Both the position numbers and the translations under genes were made by a program. From the NCBI GenBank assembly GCA_039189765.1, contig JBCCYL010000001.1:32001-96000 (forward strand): a DNA stretch of 64,000 nucleotides. The letters are read 5' to 3'. Positions 1-8,932 of the stretch are shown here, one piece after another. How positions within the stretch are numbered: the stretch's first letter is position 1; each line of letters starts with the position of its first letter. The notes under the pieces were generated by a model that did not search any database, was not told the DNA's origin, and worked only from the letters and a program-made list of their open reading frames with translations. This DNA comes from Cyanobacteria bacterium P01_F01_bin.150 (lineage in GTDB: Bacteria > Cyanobacteriota > Cyanobacteriia > CAKZMO01).

Positions 1-116
1 CACCACCCCTCAGCTGTTAACAAGGACCCGTTGGTGACATAGAGCATTTCCAACGGCTCAATGGCTGGCAGGGGGGCTAGGGGATTAGGTGGGTGGATCA
101 TGGATGCGGTGGTCAT
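1..116 (-). CDS. 5' end of a gene running off the left edge; probably the next contractile injection system gene (DUF4159-like N-terminus)
   Basis: Manual translation from ATG at 116 is open to the edge: MTTASMIHPPNPLAPLPAIEPLEMLYVTNGSLLTAEGW. It resembles the P(F/L)ERLxxxDGLLxxAExW starts I recall for genes after the tail-I gene in cyanobacterial CIS loci. Only 38 codons are visible. Confidence 0.45.
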   Translation of the reverse strand, partial: MTTASMIHPPNPLAPLPAIEPLEMLYVTNGSLLTAEGW

Positions 117-167
117 GGGTGGATGAGTGGGTGAGTGGGTAAGTACCGCTTGTAGCTTGTAGGATGG

Positions 168-206
168 GTTAGCTTGTAGGATGGGTTAGCGCCAGCGTAA
201 CCCATC
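168..206. repeat. GTAG-footed REP-like palindrome (GTAGGATGGGTTAGCGCCAGCGTAACCCATC) with a partial tandem duplicate, flanked by GGGT(G/T)AGT-type 8-mer repeats
   Basis: Inverted repeat GATGGGTTA...TAACCCATC preceded by GTAG, read directly. Related 8-mer repeats at ~125-141 and ~243-320. Confidence 0.7.
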
Positions 207-288
207 ATCGTCGGTATATTTATTTCGAGAAATCGCCTTAGTGGGTTAATGGGTGGTGAGTGGGTTAGTAGGTTAGTGGGTTAATGGG

Positions 289-1395
289 TTAGTGGGTGGG
301 CGAGTGGGCGAGTGGGCGCTCAAGCGCTCGGGCGTTATAAGAGGACATCGGAGTAATCCGTAAATCGTAGGTACAGAAGGCTGGACGTTCTTGGTCAATA
401 ATGGAGTGGACCAGGGCTTCATCAACGGTCAAAGCTTCGGGGACTCGCAAGATCACGACAAAGTGGAAGTCTTGGCCTCGACCGAAGACGGTGGTGGAGC
501 TAAAAGAGGCACCACCAAATACAGCTCCCTGGCGAGACGGTTCCACGATGCTGATATGTTTTTGGTCTTCTGGTGTATCGTCGTTGTCCAGGGGTAGCCC
601 CGTTGCCAGGTGCAAATAGAGCCGTAGCCCATAGGCTGTCCCTCGCCAGGTATAGAGTTCGATGGCACGGGACATTAGGCGTCGCTGTTGGGGCCACGAT
701 AACTGGGGCAGGCGACGCCACCCCACCCAATGGGCCAAAAACGGTAGCATGGCTTCCGGTGCTAATTTGGGGTCTAAATAGGCCCATAAACTAGACCAGG
801 TTTCCACATCGGGGCGAAAGGTTCGCTCCACAATGGCCATCAAGCGTCCCACAAAGTCAATGTCCTGATAGACCTGGGGTAATAACCGTACGTAAGGACT
901 ATGGGGTCTGACCACCAGGGTCAGCGGTTCGGAGAGAATGGTGTCTACCACCCCATCTGGGTTAGCCCCGTAAAGATCAATGCGGCCTGAATAGTTAAGG
1001 GGTCGTCGTTCCCCTGGTGCTGCATCGGTGAGGGTTTCAAAAAAGTCGGCGGGCACTTGAAAGGCGATCGCCATTTCTTTTCTTCCCCGCGCTGCCACCT
1101 CACAGGTCACTGTGTCAGTCCCACTTTCTGCTCCCAGTAGAGTCAGGCACCATTTGTCTGGAATATTGCCCTCTAAATGCAGCGTAAAAGTTATGGGACG
1201 ATCCGTCGGGTTATTTAATCGCAGCAATACCTCGCTAGCTTCCCCCGGCAGCAGCAGCAAACTGGCCGTTTCTAGTCCTGCTGTCCCATCATCCGTTGCC
1301 GCAGATAACGCTATCCCATCGGCCAAATTCACGTCAGGAATTCGGCCTGGGATTAAATCAAGGGAAGCAGTGGGTGACGCAAGGGCTTGAACCAT
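289..1395 (-). CDS. Phage tail protein I-like baseplate wedge protein of a contractile injection system
   Basis: 368 aa. C-terminal LLPQVYQ..DFVGRL..YLDPKLAPEAMLPFLAHWVGW..AIELYTWRGTAYGLRLYL..IIDQERPAFCTY is typical of the P2 gpI-like tail domain. Lies directly after a baseplate J-like gene. Confidence 0.85.
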   Translation of the reverse strand: MVQALASPTASLDLIPGRIPDVNLADGIALSAATDDGTAGLETASLLLLPGEASEVLLRLNNPTDRPITFTLHLEGNIPDKWCLTLLGAESGTDTVTCEVAARGRKEMAIAFQVPADFFETLTDAAPGERRPLNYSGRIDLYGANPDGVVDTILSEPLTLVVRPHSPYVRLLPQVYQDIDFVGRLMAIVERTFRPDVETWSSLWAYLDPKLAPEAMLPFLAHWVGWRRLPQLSWPQQRRLMSRAIELYTWRGTAYGLRLYLHLATGLPLDNDDTPEDQKHISIVEPSRQGAVFGGASFSSTTVFGRGQDFHFVVILRVPEALTVDEALVHSIIDQERPAFCTYDLRITPMSSYNARALERPLAHSPTH

Positions 1396-1424
1396 AGTTC
1401 TAATTTTTAACCATTATTTGGAAC

Positions 1425-3749
1425 TTAATCGTTAACGACACTGACTGAATGCCCTGAATGAATAGTTGGGTCGGCCCAGCTACAAATCATCCCTAGGGGG
1501 CCGGGATCGATGCGAGGAGAAGGAGGCTGTCGAATCCAGCGATTGCCCTCCCTCTCCAGCTTAAATAACTGCACGGCACCCAGATACCGAATTCCTGGAC
1601 TGGCCTGGAGTAGGGAAACAATATCCGACTGATACAGAACCTGGCCAATGGGCCACCCCCGCCGATATCGTCCACCGGTTAATGGATTTAAGAAGTAATA
1701 GAGCAGGGTGCGCAATCGTTCCACTACTTGGGTCTGACCCTCAGCGGAACGCCAGGCCGGATCGAGGGACACTTCTGTTTGCACGGTAACCCCGATGTAC
1801 TCGGGTTCGCGACACTGGATCTGACAGCCCAATAGGCGACGACGGTCAAGATAGGCTGTGACCTGTTGTTCCAATTCAGGACGGAGAGCAAGCTGCTGGG
1901 GTGAGATGCCCTGGTCCTGTTCGACCGATATGCCATCGACCCTAGGCACCAGCATAAGCTGCACAATGCCAGGGGTGTCTGGCGGTAAACAATGGGCACG
2001 AGCGATCGCCCCTTGACCTCCTTGACGCGCCAACTGTTCAAAATCCTCCGGCGTCACTGCCCGGTTATGGGTTCGTAATAGCTGAGGGACTCGAATCGCT
2101 GCCTGTTCCAGAGACTCAGCATTTGAGCCTTGGCGGGCGGGCTGGTAGTTTGTGACCCGAGCCACATAGGGGATGGCAGACTTGAGTACCGTAAGGGATT
2201 GGGCCTGCACATTGCCTTGTTCTCCGCCGCCCGTGCGGTACTGTCCCATGCGAATAACTGCGCCCTTGGGGGGAATGGCACCATACTGGCGCTCCTGCTG
2301 ATGGAGCGATCGCAGTTCCGTTTGCAGCGAGTTGAGGCTGAGTTCCCGTCGCCCCGCCTCTGGAGATACCATCATTTCTGCACTTATTTCTGTGCTTATT
2401 TCTGTGCTCATTTCTGCGCTTAACAAAGTTCCTTCGACTTCATCGGCGAAGCCCTGGTTCAAGCGTTGCCCCAGTCCGTGGGTCAAGAACCGAGTTTGAA
2501 GTTCGCTGCGCTGGCGAAGCTGGGACGGCTCCCGCACCCGAGGTCCAAACTGCACCATCCCCGTAATCGAATCAATGACATAGTGGCGATCGCCTGGCCC
2601 AGATGCGGCAAAGTCAGGCACCTCCTGCCACACTTCCACCTCGCGATTGGGCAGGGTAACGGTAATCGTTTCATCCGGCTTTCGCGTCAGTACCGGAACC
2701 CCCCGCAGTTGAAAAACTTGCCCCGGACTGCCATTACTTTCCCCCAGCACTTCTTCCGTAATCATTTCACATTGACTCCCCGAAACGGTTCCACCAATGG
2801 ACCGCACCGATATCCCGGTAATGCGGGGAGACTGACGATAGGGTGCTTGTCCCTCCTCCGGTGAATCACAGACGCACCGCAGCCAATGGCCCCGATAGGA
2901 GGCAAACTGAGTGACGGGTAATGACAACGGCAAATGCAGAACGATATCGGCACCTTGGATGGGATTCCCCCCCTGTGCGACCAGGGCCGCAAAGCTAAAG
3001 CCCTGGGTTTGATCGTCGGCTTCACTCAGCAAGACCGATCGCCACTGGACGCCATCCCAGGCTTGCCAACGTCGGGGGGGCTGGAAGGGGTTGATGCCTG
3101 CGGGGGTAGCGGCTTGTCCATTGATAGTTAAGGCTAAAACGTTACCGTTTAAGGATGTACTGCCCTCTTCTAAAACCAGATAAAAACAGTTGTTGGCACT
3201 AGGCTGTTCATTAAACAAATTGATTTCGGGACCATTCCACTGGCCTTCTTGACTGCGGTTCCACACATTGCTGAAGCGATCGCGTAATACCGTCGGTTGC
3301 TCTTCCACAGAGGCCGCCGTTAGCAGATGGCGCACTAGGGGCCGACCAATTGTTAATGCTTGGTTTGTGCTAAAAATAATTGCCGCTTCACTGGCCGATC
3401 GTTCCGTTGCCACTTGGGTGCCAGCGGGAATGCGGTATGGCTCCGGCAGTTCGGAAACCAGATAAAAAGTGAGGTGGGCGATCGCGGCCTGGGGTGGCTG
3501 TAGACGAATCCCCAGCAGTTCCAGAAATGCCACGTAGTGACGACGGGGCACCTGATTAAACCGCATCAGCATTTGATCGGTTAACCAAGCAAAGGACTCC
3601 AGCAGCGTTACCCCCGGTTCACTGGGGTTATAGTTGGTCCACTCCGGGCAATACCGGGGAATGCGCTGTAAACACTCTTGTAGCAGGTCATCATAGCGGC
3701 GATCGTCCAGCTCCGCCTTGGGCAAGTTGGGTAAAAAATCCAGGGCCAT
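1425..3749 (-). CDS. Putative baseplate assembly protein (baseplate J / gp6-like) of a contractile injection system
   Basis: 774 aa. N-terminal LDDRRYDDL..RIPRYCPEWTNYNPSEPGVTLLE, then YRTGGGEQGNV, RAVTPEDFE and LNPLTGG..GWPIG, as in eCIS baseplate proteins. Start overlaps the gp25 stop (TGATG at 3747-3751). Confidence 0.9.
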   Translation of the reverse strand: MALDFLPNLPKAELDDRRYDDLLQECLQRIPRYCPEWTNYNPSEPGVTLLESFAWLTDQMLMRFNQVPRRHYVAFLELLGIRLQPPQAAIAHLTFYLVSELPEPYRIPAGTQVATERSASEAAIIFSTNQALTIGRPLVRHLLTAASVEEQPTVLRDRFSNVWNRSQEGQWNGPEINLFNEQPSANNCFYLVLEEGSTSLNGNVLALTINGQAATPAGINPFQPPRRWQAWDGVQWRSVLLSEADDQTQGFSFAALVAQGGNPIQGADIVLHLPLSLPVTQFASYRGHWLRCVCDSPEEGQAPYRQSPRITGISVRSIGGTVSGSQCEMITEEVLGESNGSPGQVFQLRGVPVLTRKPDETITVTLPNREVEVWQEVPDFAASGPGDRHYVIDSITGMVQFGPRVREPSQLRQRSELQTRFLTHGLGQRLNQGFADEVEGTLLSAEMSTEISTEISAEMMVSPEAGRRELSLNSLQTELRSLHQQERQYGAIPPKGAVIRMGQYRTGGGEQGNVQAQSLTVLKSAIPYVARVTNYQPARQGSNAESLEQAAIRVPQLLRTHNRAVTPEDFEQLARQGGQGAIARAHCLPPDTPGIVQLMLVPRVDGISVEQDQGISPQQLALRPELEQQVTAYLDRRRLLGCQIQCREPEYIGVTVQTEVSLDPAWRSAEGQTQVVERLRTLLYYFLNPLTGGRYRRGWPIGQVLYQSDIVSLLQASPGIRYLGAVQLFKLEREGNRWIRQPPSPRIDPGPLGMICSWADPTIHSGHSVSVVND

Positions 3750-4285
3750 CAGCGTCCCCTCCCGCCAGGGCGCACCGTCACTGGTGCTTTAGCTTGAATA
3801 ATGGGTTGCCCCGTCGCCTTCGTTTGCCTTATACCTGGAATCGCCTTCGTTTCCCTCCCGCCTGTTTGATTAAATTCGCCTTTGAGATAGAAGGGGTACA
3901 CCAGACTCTGTCGTTCGTAAGTGGTGCGGAGTCGATAGTTAATCACGATAAACACAGCCCCCTGATCCGTGCGGGGACGGGCCAGCACTTCAGCTACTTC
4001 AATGCGAGGTTCCCATTGTTCCAGGGCTTCCTGCACCCAAATTCGCATCAACATCAGGGTTTCAGAGTTGATGGGGGCAAACGCCAGTTCTGATAATCGG
4101 CAACCAAAGGTGGGGCGATATAATCGCTCCCCCGGCTCGGTAAGTAAAATCAGCCAAATGGATTCCCGAACGCTCTGCTGTTCGGTGCTAAGGGATAATC
4201 TTCCCTGCTGACTGATGGTTAGAGGAAACGAAAATCCTTGACCCAGATGGGCCATCCGTCTTCGCTGAGTTACACGATTAACCAT
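3749..4285 (-). CDS. GPW/gp25 family baseplate protein
   Basis: 178 aa. LGQGFSFP..SVRESIWLILLTEPGERLYRPTFGCRL..ALEQWEPRIEV..LVYPFYL is the gp25 signature. It carries a ~45 aa low-complexity C-terminal tail. The true start may be the second Met (MAHLGQG). Confidence 0.9.
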   Translation of the reverse strand: MVNRVTQRRRMAHLGQGFSFPLTISQQGRLSLSTEQQSVRESIWLILLTEPGERLYRPTFGCRLSELAFAPINSETLMLMRIWVQEALEQWEPRIEVAEVLARPRTDQGAVFIVINYRLRTTYERQSLVYPFYLKGEFNQTGGRETKAIPGIRQTKATGQPIIQAKAPVTVRPGGRGR

Positions 4286-4389
4286 TTGCCCTCGCTATAC
4301 GCTGGAGTGCCTTTGGTTATAGAGCAGCCTTAGATCACATTCCATCCGACCAAAGTCGGGTTCGTTATACTGCCAACAGCTGAGGTTTA

Positions 4390-4420
4390 GAGGTGTGTCC
4401 CCGCTGCGTGGGGACACCTC
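4390..4420. other. GC-rich hairpin in the gap between the biosynthetic cluster and the CIS genes
   Basis: GAGGTG(TG)TCCCC-gctgcgt-GGGGACACCTC. There is no U-tract on the minus strand, so it is not a clear intrinsic terminator. Confidence 0.4.
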
Positions 4421-4461
4421 ATGAAAAGTCCAGCACCTAGCTGTACAAAGTATATTTGAAC

Positions 4462-5043
4462 TCAATGAAACGGACAGCGATCGCCCTCTTTACTGCCAAA
4501 CCGTCCCTCCACCCGATGATTTGGATCAAGGGTTTGAGTGCGAACGCGACCAAATTTTTCTAGGGTATCCGTTGCCGTGCTGCGTTCAAAGCGAATGCTA
4601 CCGCCTTCGTCTCCCACAAACTTTTTACACACTGCCTTATGGGAGCGGGCCAGTTCAGCATAGGCTTCTACAAAGCGATCGTGGTAGGAATGGAGGGCTG
4701 GGGGTAGCGTAGCAAAGGTCGGCGACAGACGTTTCCAGAGCTGCACCAGCACCGCGTGTTCCCAAGACATAAGCCCGCTAAAGTTATCGGACTGCACATG
4801 GGGAGGAGTCATACTAGGACGGACGACAGTTTCGTAGTCCTGGGTGCTAAAGCTTCCAGCCAACTCCATCGATGCGGCTGATGCCAGCATTAGGGTGGTG
4901 GCGGTATCGAGTTCGACCTGGGCCGAAGGGATGTCGTTAAGGGCGATCGCCTCTTCAAATCGACGCAAACACATTAGCAACCCTTGGACGTTAACAAAGA
5001 AAGACCAGTGAAACCCTTGCCAGGTTTGTTGAACAGAAGTCAT
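4462..5043 (-). CDS. SfmD/TyrH-like heme-dependent aromatic oxygenase (putative tyrosine ring hydroxylase)
   Basis: 193 aa. WQGFHWSF, AGS..Y...VRPSM..FSGLMSWEH, then exactly 38 residues to HKAVC (H-x38-H-xxx-C, the SfmD heme motif). C-terminal CPFH. Confidence 0.65.
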   Translation of the reverse strand: MTSVQQTWQGFHWSFFVNVQGLLMCLRRFEEAIALNDIPSAQVELDTATTLMLASAASMELAGSFSTQDYETVVRPSMTPPHVQSDNFSGLMSWEHAVLVQLWKRLSPTFATLPPALHSYHDRFVEAYAELARSHKAVCKKFVGDEGGSIRFERSTATDTLEKFGRVRTQTLDPNHRVEGRFGSKEGDRCPFH

Positions 5044-5292
5044 GGGAGTTAGGGAGTTAGGGAGTTAGGGAGTTGGGGAGTTAGGGAGTTAGGGAGTTGG
5101 GGAGTTGGGGAGTTGGGGAGTTGGGGAGTTAGGGAGTTGGGGAGTTGGGGAGTTGGGGGATAGCGTACTCCGGTTCCCCTCCTGGGAGGGGCTAGGGGTG
5201 GGTCTGTTGGATTTTGGCCCCTGGTTCCCAGACTCCGGCTGGGAGCCTAATAGGGAGACTCCGGCTCGGTGTAGGAGCCAGAGTCTCGGGTG
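5044..5292. repeat. Intergenic repeat patch: (GGGGAGTT/AGGGAGTT)n array, hairpin core element and CCCAGACTCCGGCTGGGA palindromic element
   Basis: 8-mer array ~5044-5160. GGTTCCCCTCCTGGGAGGGGCTAGGGGTGGGT at ~5171-5203. Element at ~5220-5290 also occurs at ~23777-23820 and ~42490-42565. Confidence 0.9.
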
Positions 5293-5293
5293 T

Positions 5294-5782
5294 TTATTCA
5301 AGATTAAAAATACGGGTAAGGAGAAGGGCGATTGCCTCAAATCCTTGTCGTTGTCGGATGACATTATTCGGGTCTAAATTGGGATTTTGATTACACAAAT
5401 AAAGAAATTGACGATAGGTTAGTAGGACACTGCGGACAATGCAGATGGCAGGGGTTTCGGACTCAATATGCTGAATATTAAAGTAGCGATCGTAATCGAT
5501 TATTTCCCATTGCTTAAGGGAGATTTTTTCTTTGGTTGTATTGGGAATAGACTGATGGCCTGTGCCTAGGGTGGCGATCGCCTGATTAATCAGAGCAATA
5601 CTCTCCTTAAAAGGACACTTCACCATCGTTTCTTCTTTTATTTTTTCCTGCTCTAAGGATGTTATTAACTGAGCTAATGCATGGGTAACAACCTCTTTTT
5701 CTTGAATAGATAAAGTAAGGTCAGTTGGCAAATCCCACGGCACCAGCAAGTCAAGATTCAAGTTAGATAAATCATCGGTCAT
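5294..5782 (-). CDS. Hypothetical protein in the tailoring cassette
   Basis: 162 aa, AT-rich ORF with AGG just upstream of the ATG, co-oriented between mbtH and the heme enzyme. No motif recognised. Confidence 0.6.
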   Translation of the reverse strand: MTDDLSNLNLDLLVPWDLPTDLTLSIQEKEVVTHALAQLITSLEQEKIKEETMVKCPFKESIALINQAIATLGTGHQSIPNTTKEKISLKQWEIIDYDRYFNIQHIESETPAICIVRSVLLTYRQFLYLCNQNPNLDPNNVIRQRQGFEAIALLLTRIFNLE

Positions 5783-5914
5783 CCTATAAAAATACCCATC
5801 TGCCTGGGATAACTTACTGGAGTCCCTGTTAGCGAAGCCATGCCCGATAGGGTTATAGAGTACAGCCGCAGTTTTAACTGCCAGGTTACGGCCAACTTAC
5901 TCACCGACATATGT

Positions 5915-6127
5915 CTACTTAGCATTTTCAGCTTCAGCCATCGCCTTTCGCAAACTCAGAGGACGCATATCGGTCCACACTTCATTAATATAGTCCAAAC
6001 ATTCTTGCTTGGTTCCAGTTTTCCCTTCCGCTCTCCAGCCATAGGGAATTTCCCGATAGGTGGGCCACACCGAATACTGTTCTTCAATACTAACAACAAC
6101 ATTGTAAATCATATTATCTTCACTCAT
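5915..6127 (-). CDS. mbtH: MbtH-like protein
   Basis: 70 aa. [49 protein letters not shown] ribosome-binding site upstream. Confidence 0.97.
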   Translation of the reverse strand: MSEDNMIYNVVVSIEEQYSVWPTYREIPYGWRAEGKTGTKQECLDYINEVWTDMRPLSLRKAMAEAENAK

Positions 6128-6316
6128 CTTTTGTTCTCCTTTTAAGTGTCTATCTTCAAATGTAATTTTTAAGGTAATAAATTAACCCACCCCTAGCCCC
6201 TCCTAGGAGGGAATCGATCTGTCCAAAATCCAAAACTTGTGCTGAGCATGTCAAATGCGCCAATTGTTTTACGCAAAGATTCTTTGCTCAATGACGACCC
6301 AGAATATTCACCTGTA

Positions 6317-7792
6317 TTAACCATTTAAAACACCTCCAATTTTTAATTCTGCAAAGCTGTCTTTAAAGGCTTGTAAGATAGCATCAATATCCTCCGAACT
6401 ATGGGCCGTGGAGATAAAGCCGCCTTTGTCTCCCTGACGCAGGTGAATGCCTTTGATTAGGAGATGGTAGGACAATAGGGTTAAAGCCATGGGTGATACT
6501 GCTGTTTTGGAACCATCCACGGAGAAGAAAGAGCCAAATTGAACAAACTGTACGGGTATTTCTGCGGCTTGCAGATAGGTATTGAGCTGGGTTACCAAGT
6601 TGCCCGTCTTCTGGTTTAAATCCTCCTGGAGACTAGGGCCAGCCTCTTTCAAATGGGTTAAGACCGCACGGGCAGCGGCAAGGGAGAGGGGATGCTTACA
6701 AAAGGTGCCCGCAAAGAAGGTGGTTTTGACCGTAGGCGCTGAATCGTCGCCAAAGGACCACTGGCCACCATCGATACGATCCATGTACCGGGACTTTCCT
6801 GCAATCACCGATAGGGGTAAACCACCACCCACAATTTTGCTGTAGGTGACTAAGTCCGCCTCCACATCAAACCAGGCTTGCGAACCACCCGGATGAATCC
6901 GAAAGCCTGTGACCATTTCGTCAAAAATGAGCACCGTGTCTGTGGCCTGGGTAATTTGCTGTAGTTCTTGAAGAAATTCCCTGGGCTGGATTTCAGGACA
7001 GCGGCTCTGCACCGGCTCCACCAGCACTGCCGCCAGATCACCGCCCTCGTTTCGCAGAATCTCCAGCGATCGCGGATTCCCATAGTCCAACACAATAACG
7101 TTAGCCGCCGCTTCAGCCGGAATGCCGGGGGCAGCAGGAACGGCTTTGGGATTGATATTGCTGCTGAGCAGGGATTGAATCGGGCTAAGCAGGGTTCTTA
7201 AAAAACTATCGGGGCGAGTCTTTTTGTTGATCACCCGCAGCGCTGCCTTTTTGGCGTACTCGCTGATGGGAGCGCGCACTAGGGTATTATCGGAATGACC
7301 GTGGTAAGAGTTGGTAAATACCGCAATTTTGGAACAGCCAGTAGCGGCCCGAGCAATGCGGATGGCAGTCATAATCGCTTCAGTGCCCGTATTGCTAAAG
7401 GTGACTCGTTCGGCTCCGGTGACCTCATGCACAAGCTGGGCCACTTCTCCTGCCAGTTCGGCCTGCGCCCCTAGCTGGATGCCCTTTTCTAACTGGGTGG
7501 CGATCGCCTCTTTTACAAAGCCTGGATTATGCCCAAATAAATTGGTGCCCAACCCCATCAAAATATCGATATATTCATTGCCATCCACATCCCACATGCG
7601 CGACCCAGCCGACCGTTCCGCCACGATAGGATAGCAAATTTCCTTTAGCTCTGGTGAGAACCCTAGCCCCAATGAGGTTTTATCCGCCATCACCCCACGG
7701 GCATTTTGGGCAGACTGTTTGGAGCCTGGGGTTTTCTGGATATAACGCTGAATTAGGGTTTCGAGATGGGGAGGAGAGGCGGTGGTGGTCAT
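6317..7792 (-). CDS. Class III PLP-dependent aminotransferase (GSA-aminomutase-like; stand-alone homolog of PKS/NRPS AMT domains)
   Basis: 491 aa. WDVDGNEYID, NTGTEA, SYHG, VLVEPVQSR, FDEMVTGFR, YSKIVGGGLP (PLP lysine), AGTF. Confidence 0.92.
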   Translation of the reverse strand: MTTTASPPHLETLIQRYIQKTPGSKQSAQNARGVMADKTSLGLGFSPELKEICYPIVAERSAGSRMWDVDGNEYIDILMGLGTNLFGHNPGFVKEAIATQLEKGIQLGAQAELAGEVAQLVHEVTGAERVTFSNTGTEAIMTAIRIARAATGCSKIAVFTNSYHGHSDNTLVRAPISEYAKKAALRVINKKTRPDSFLRTLLSPIQSLLSSNINPKAVPAAPGIPAEAAANVIVLDYGNPRSLEILRNEGGDLAAVLVEPVQSRCPEIQPREFLQELQQITQATDTVLIFDEMVTGFRIHPGGSQAWFDVEADLVTYSKIVGGGLPLSVIAGKSRYMDRIDGGQWSFGDDSAPTVKTTFFAGTFCKHPLSLAAARAVLTHLKEAGPSLQEDLNQKTGNLVTQLNTYLQAAEIPVQFVQFGSFFSVDGSKTAVSPMALTLLSYHLLIKGIHLRQGDKGGFISTAHSSEDIDAILQAFKDSFAELKIGGVLNG

Positions 7793-7850
7793 TTTAGGTT
7801 AGGGAGTTAGAGGGTTGGGAGGTTAGGGCGTTAGGGCGTTAAGAATATTG

Positions 7851-7883
7851 TGTAGGGTGCATTAGCGATAGCGTAATGCACCG
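7851..7883. repeat. GTAG-footed REP-like palindrome (GTAGGGTGCATTAGCGATAGCGTAATGCACC) next to GGG(A/C)GTTA 8-mer repeats
   Basis: Inverted arms GGTGCATTA / TAATGCACC read directly. Confidence 0.75.
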
Positions 7884-7900
7884 TTTGATTTGCTCATGGG

Positions 7901-8797
7901 TTAGCTGGATTTTTGACAAATAAAGTGGGCGGAGTGATTGCTGTCTACTCGGGGGGAGCCATCGACAGTACAGAGTTTGATATTGGTAAAACCTGTGTCT
8001 TGGAGGGCGGTGATGATTTCTTGGGTGGTGTAACCTTTAACGGGGTAGGTCATTTGCGATCGCGTCCATTGTTTTTCCCATTTATGAAATTTAGCCAGCA
8101 GCTTGAGTCGAAATCGGGTTAAGCGTCTTACTTTGAGGATTGAATAGATAATGCGTCGCATAAAAGAGGGGAGAGATGACGCTTCTTTTTCGGCAACTGG
8201 CTTAATGGCAGGGGATTGAAATAACGTCACTTTAAAGTGGCCTTCCATGCGTTCAGTATTATAGGTTGGCACTAAAAACCAGGCATACTTGGACTCAATT
8301 TCTCCTTCAACAATTTTGCCTTGCCACCATTTCTCCATTTGGTCGGCATGGTTCACGTCAAAAGTAAACCTGCCGCCATCCTTAAGGGCGTTGTAAACGC
8401 ATCGAAAGACCTGCCTTAAATCGTCCAAGTCCATCATATGGTTAAGGGATGCGCTCGTGGAAATCACGGCATCAAACTGGGTATTGGTGGTTAATGAACG
8501 GGTAAATGAGCGAGCATCAGCCTGAATAATTTCGGCTGAGCGGGCGTTTCTGGAGGCATAGTCCAGCATTGATTGAGAGCCATCAATGCCTGTAACTCGA
8601 TAGCCATGCTGAATTAGCACATTCATGACGTGACCAGTGCCGCAGCAGAGGTCTAGGATTTCTGCATTGTCTGGCAGTTGGTTTAAGAGGATGGTTTGAA
8701 GCGATCGCATCTGATTTTGGGCATAGTCTGGTCCCATCGTCTGGTTATACAGCCATGCCCAAGTGTCATATTCAGCGTGTGTGTTGGTTACCGTCAT
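7901..8797 (-). CDS. Class I SAM-dependent methyltransferase (possible N-methyltransferase)
   Basis: 298 aa. ILDLCCGTG motif I, VTGIDGSQSML, IIQADAR, FDAVISTSASLNH, ALKDGGRFTFD. Confidence 0.9.
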   Translation of the reverse strand: MTVTNTHAEYDTWAWLYNQTMGPDYAQNQMRSLQTILLNQLPDNAEILDLCCGTGHVMNVLIQHGYRVTGIDGSQSMLDYASRNARSAEIIQADARSFTRSLTTNTQFDAVISTSASLNHMMDLDDLRQVFRCVYNALKDGGRFTFDVNHADQMEKWWQGKIVEGEIESKYAWFLVPTYNTERMEGHFKVTLFQSPAIKPVAEKEASSLPSFMRRIIYSILKVRRLTRFRLKLLAKFHKWEKQWTRSQMTYPVKGYTTQEIITALQDTGFTNIKLCTVDGSPRVDSNHSAHFICQKSS

Positions 8798-8822
8798 TTG
8801 TAATATCGTGAATGATTTTTAC

Positions 8823-8932
8823 GTAGGTTGGGTTGAAGAACGTTCGCATGGCGTCTCCAGAGGAGAAAACCCAACCATTCGAGCATTTGGGTGTACATCT
8901 GTGTTGGGTTTCCTATCGTCAATCCAAACTAC
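8823..8932. repeat. Inverted pair of GTAG-footed REP-like elements; the right copy supplies the stop codon of the reductase gene
   Basis: GTAGGTTGGGTTGAAGAAC[GTTCGCATGGCGTCTCCAGAGGAG]AAAACCCAAC ... GTTGGGTTTCCTATCGTCAATCCAAACTAC. The TGA at 8919-8921 lies inside the second copy. Confidence 0.8.

Noticed and set aside
289..4285. Prophage tail region
   Set aside because: No capsid, terminase, portal, integrase or tape-measure genes. The proteins match eCIS-type baseplate families and carry host HIP1 sites.
4316..4369. TATAAC -10-like hexamers on the minus strand upstream of gp25
   Set aside because: No supporting -35 element or other evidence, and such hexamers occur by chance.
5089..5377. 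ORFs 5089-5364 (-) and 5105-5377 (+)
   Set aside because: They are translations of the 8-mer array and hairpin elements and overlap a better ORF.
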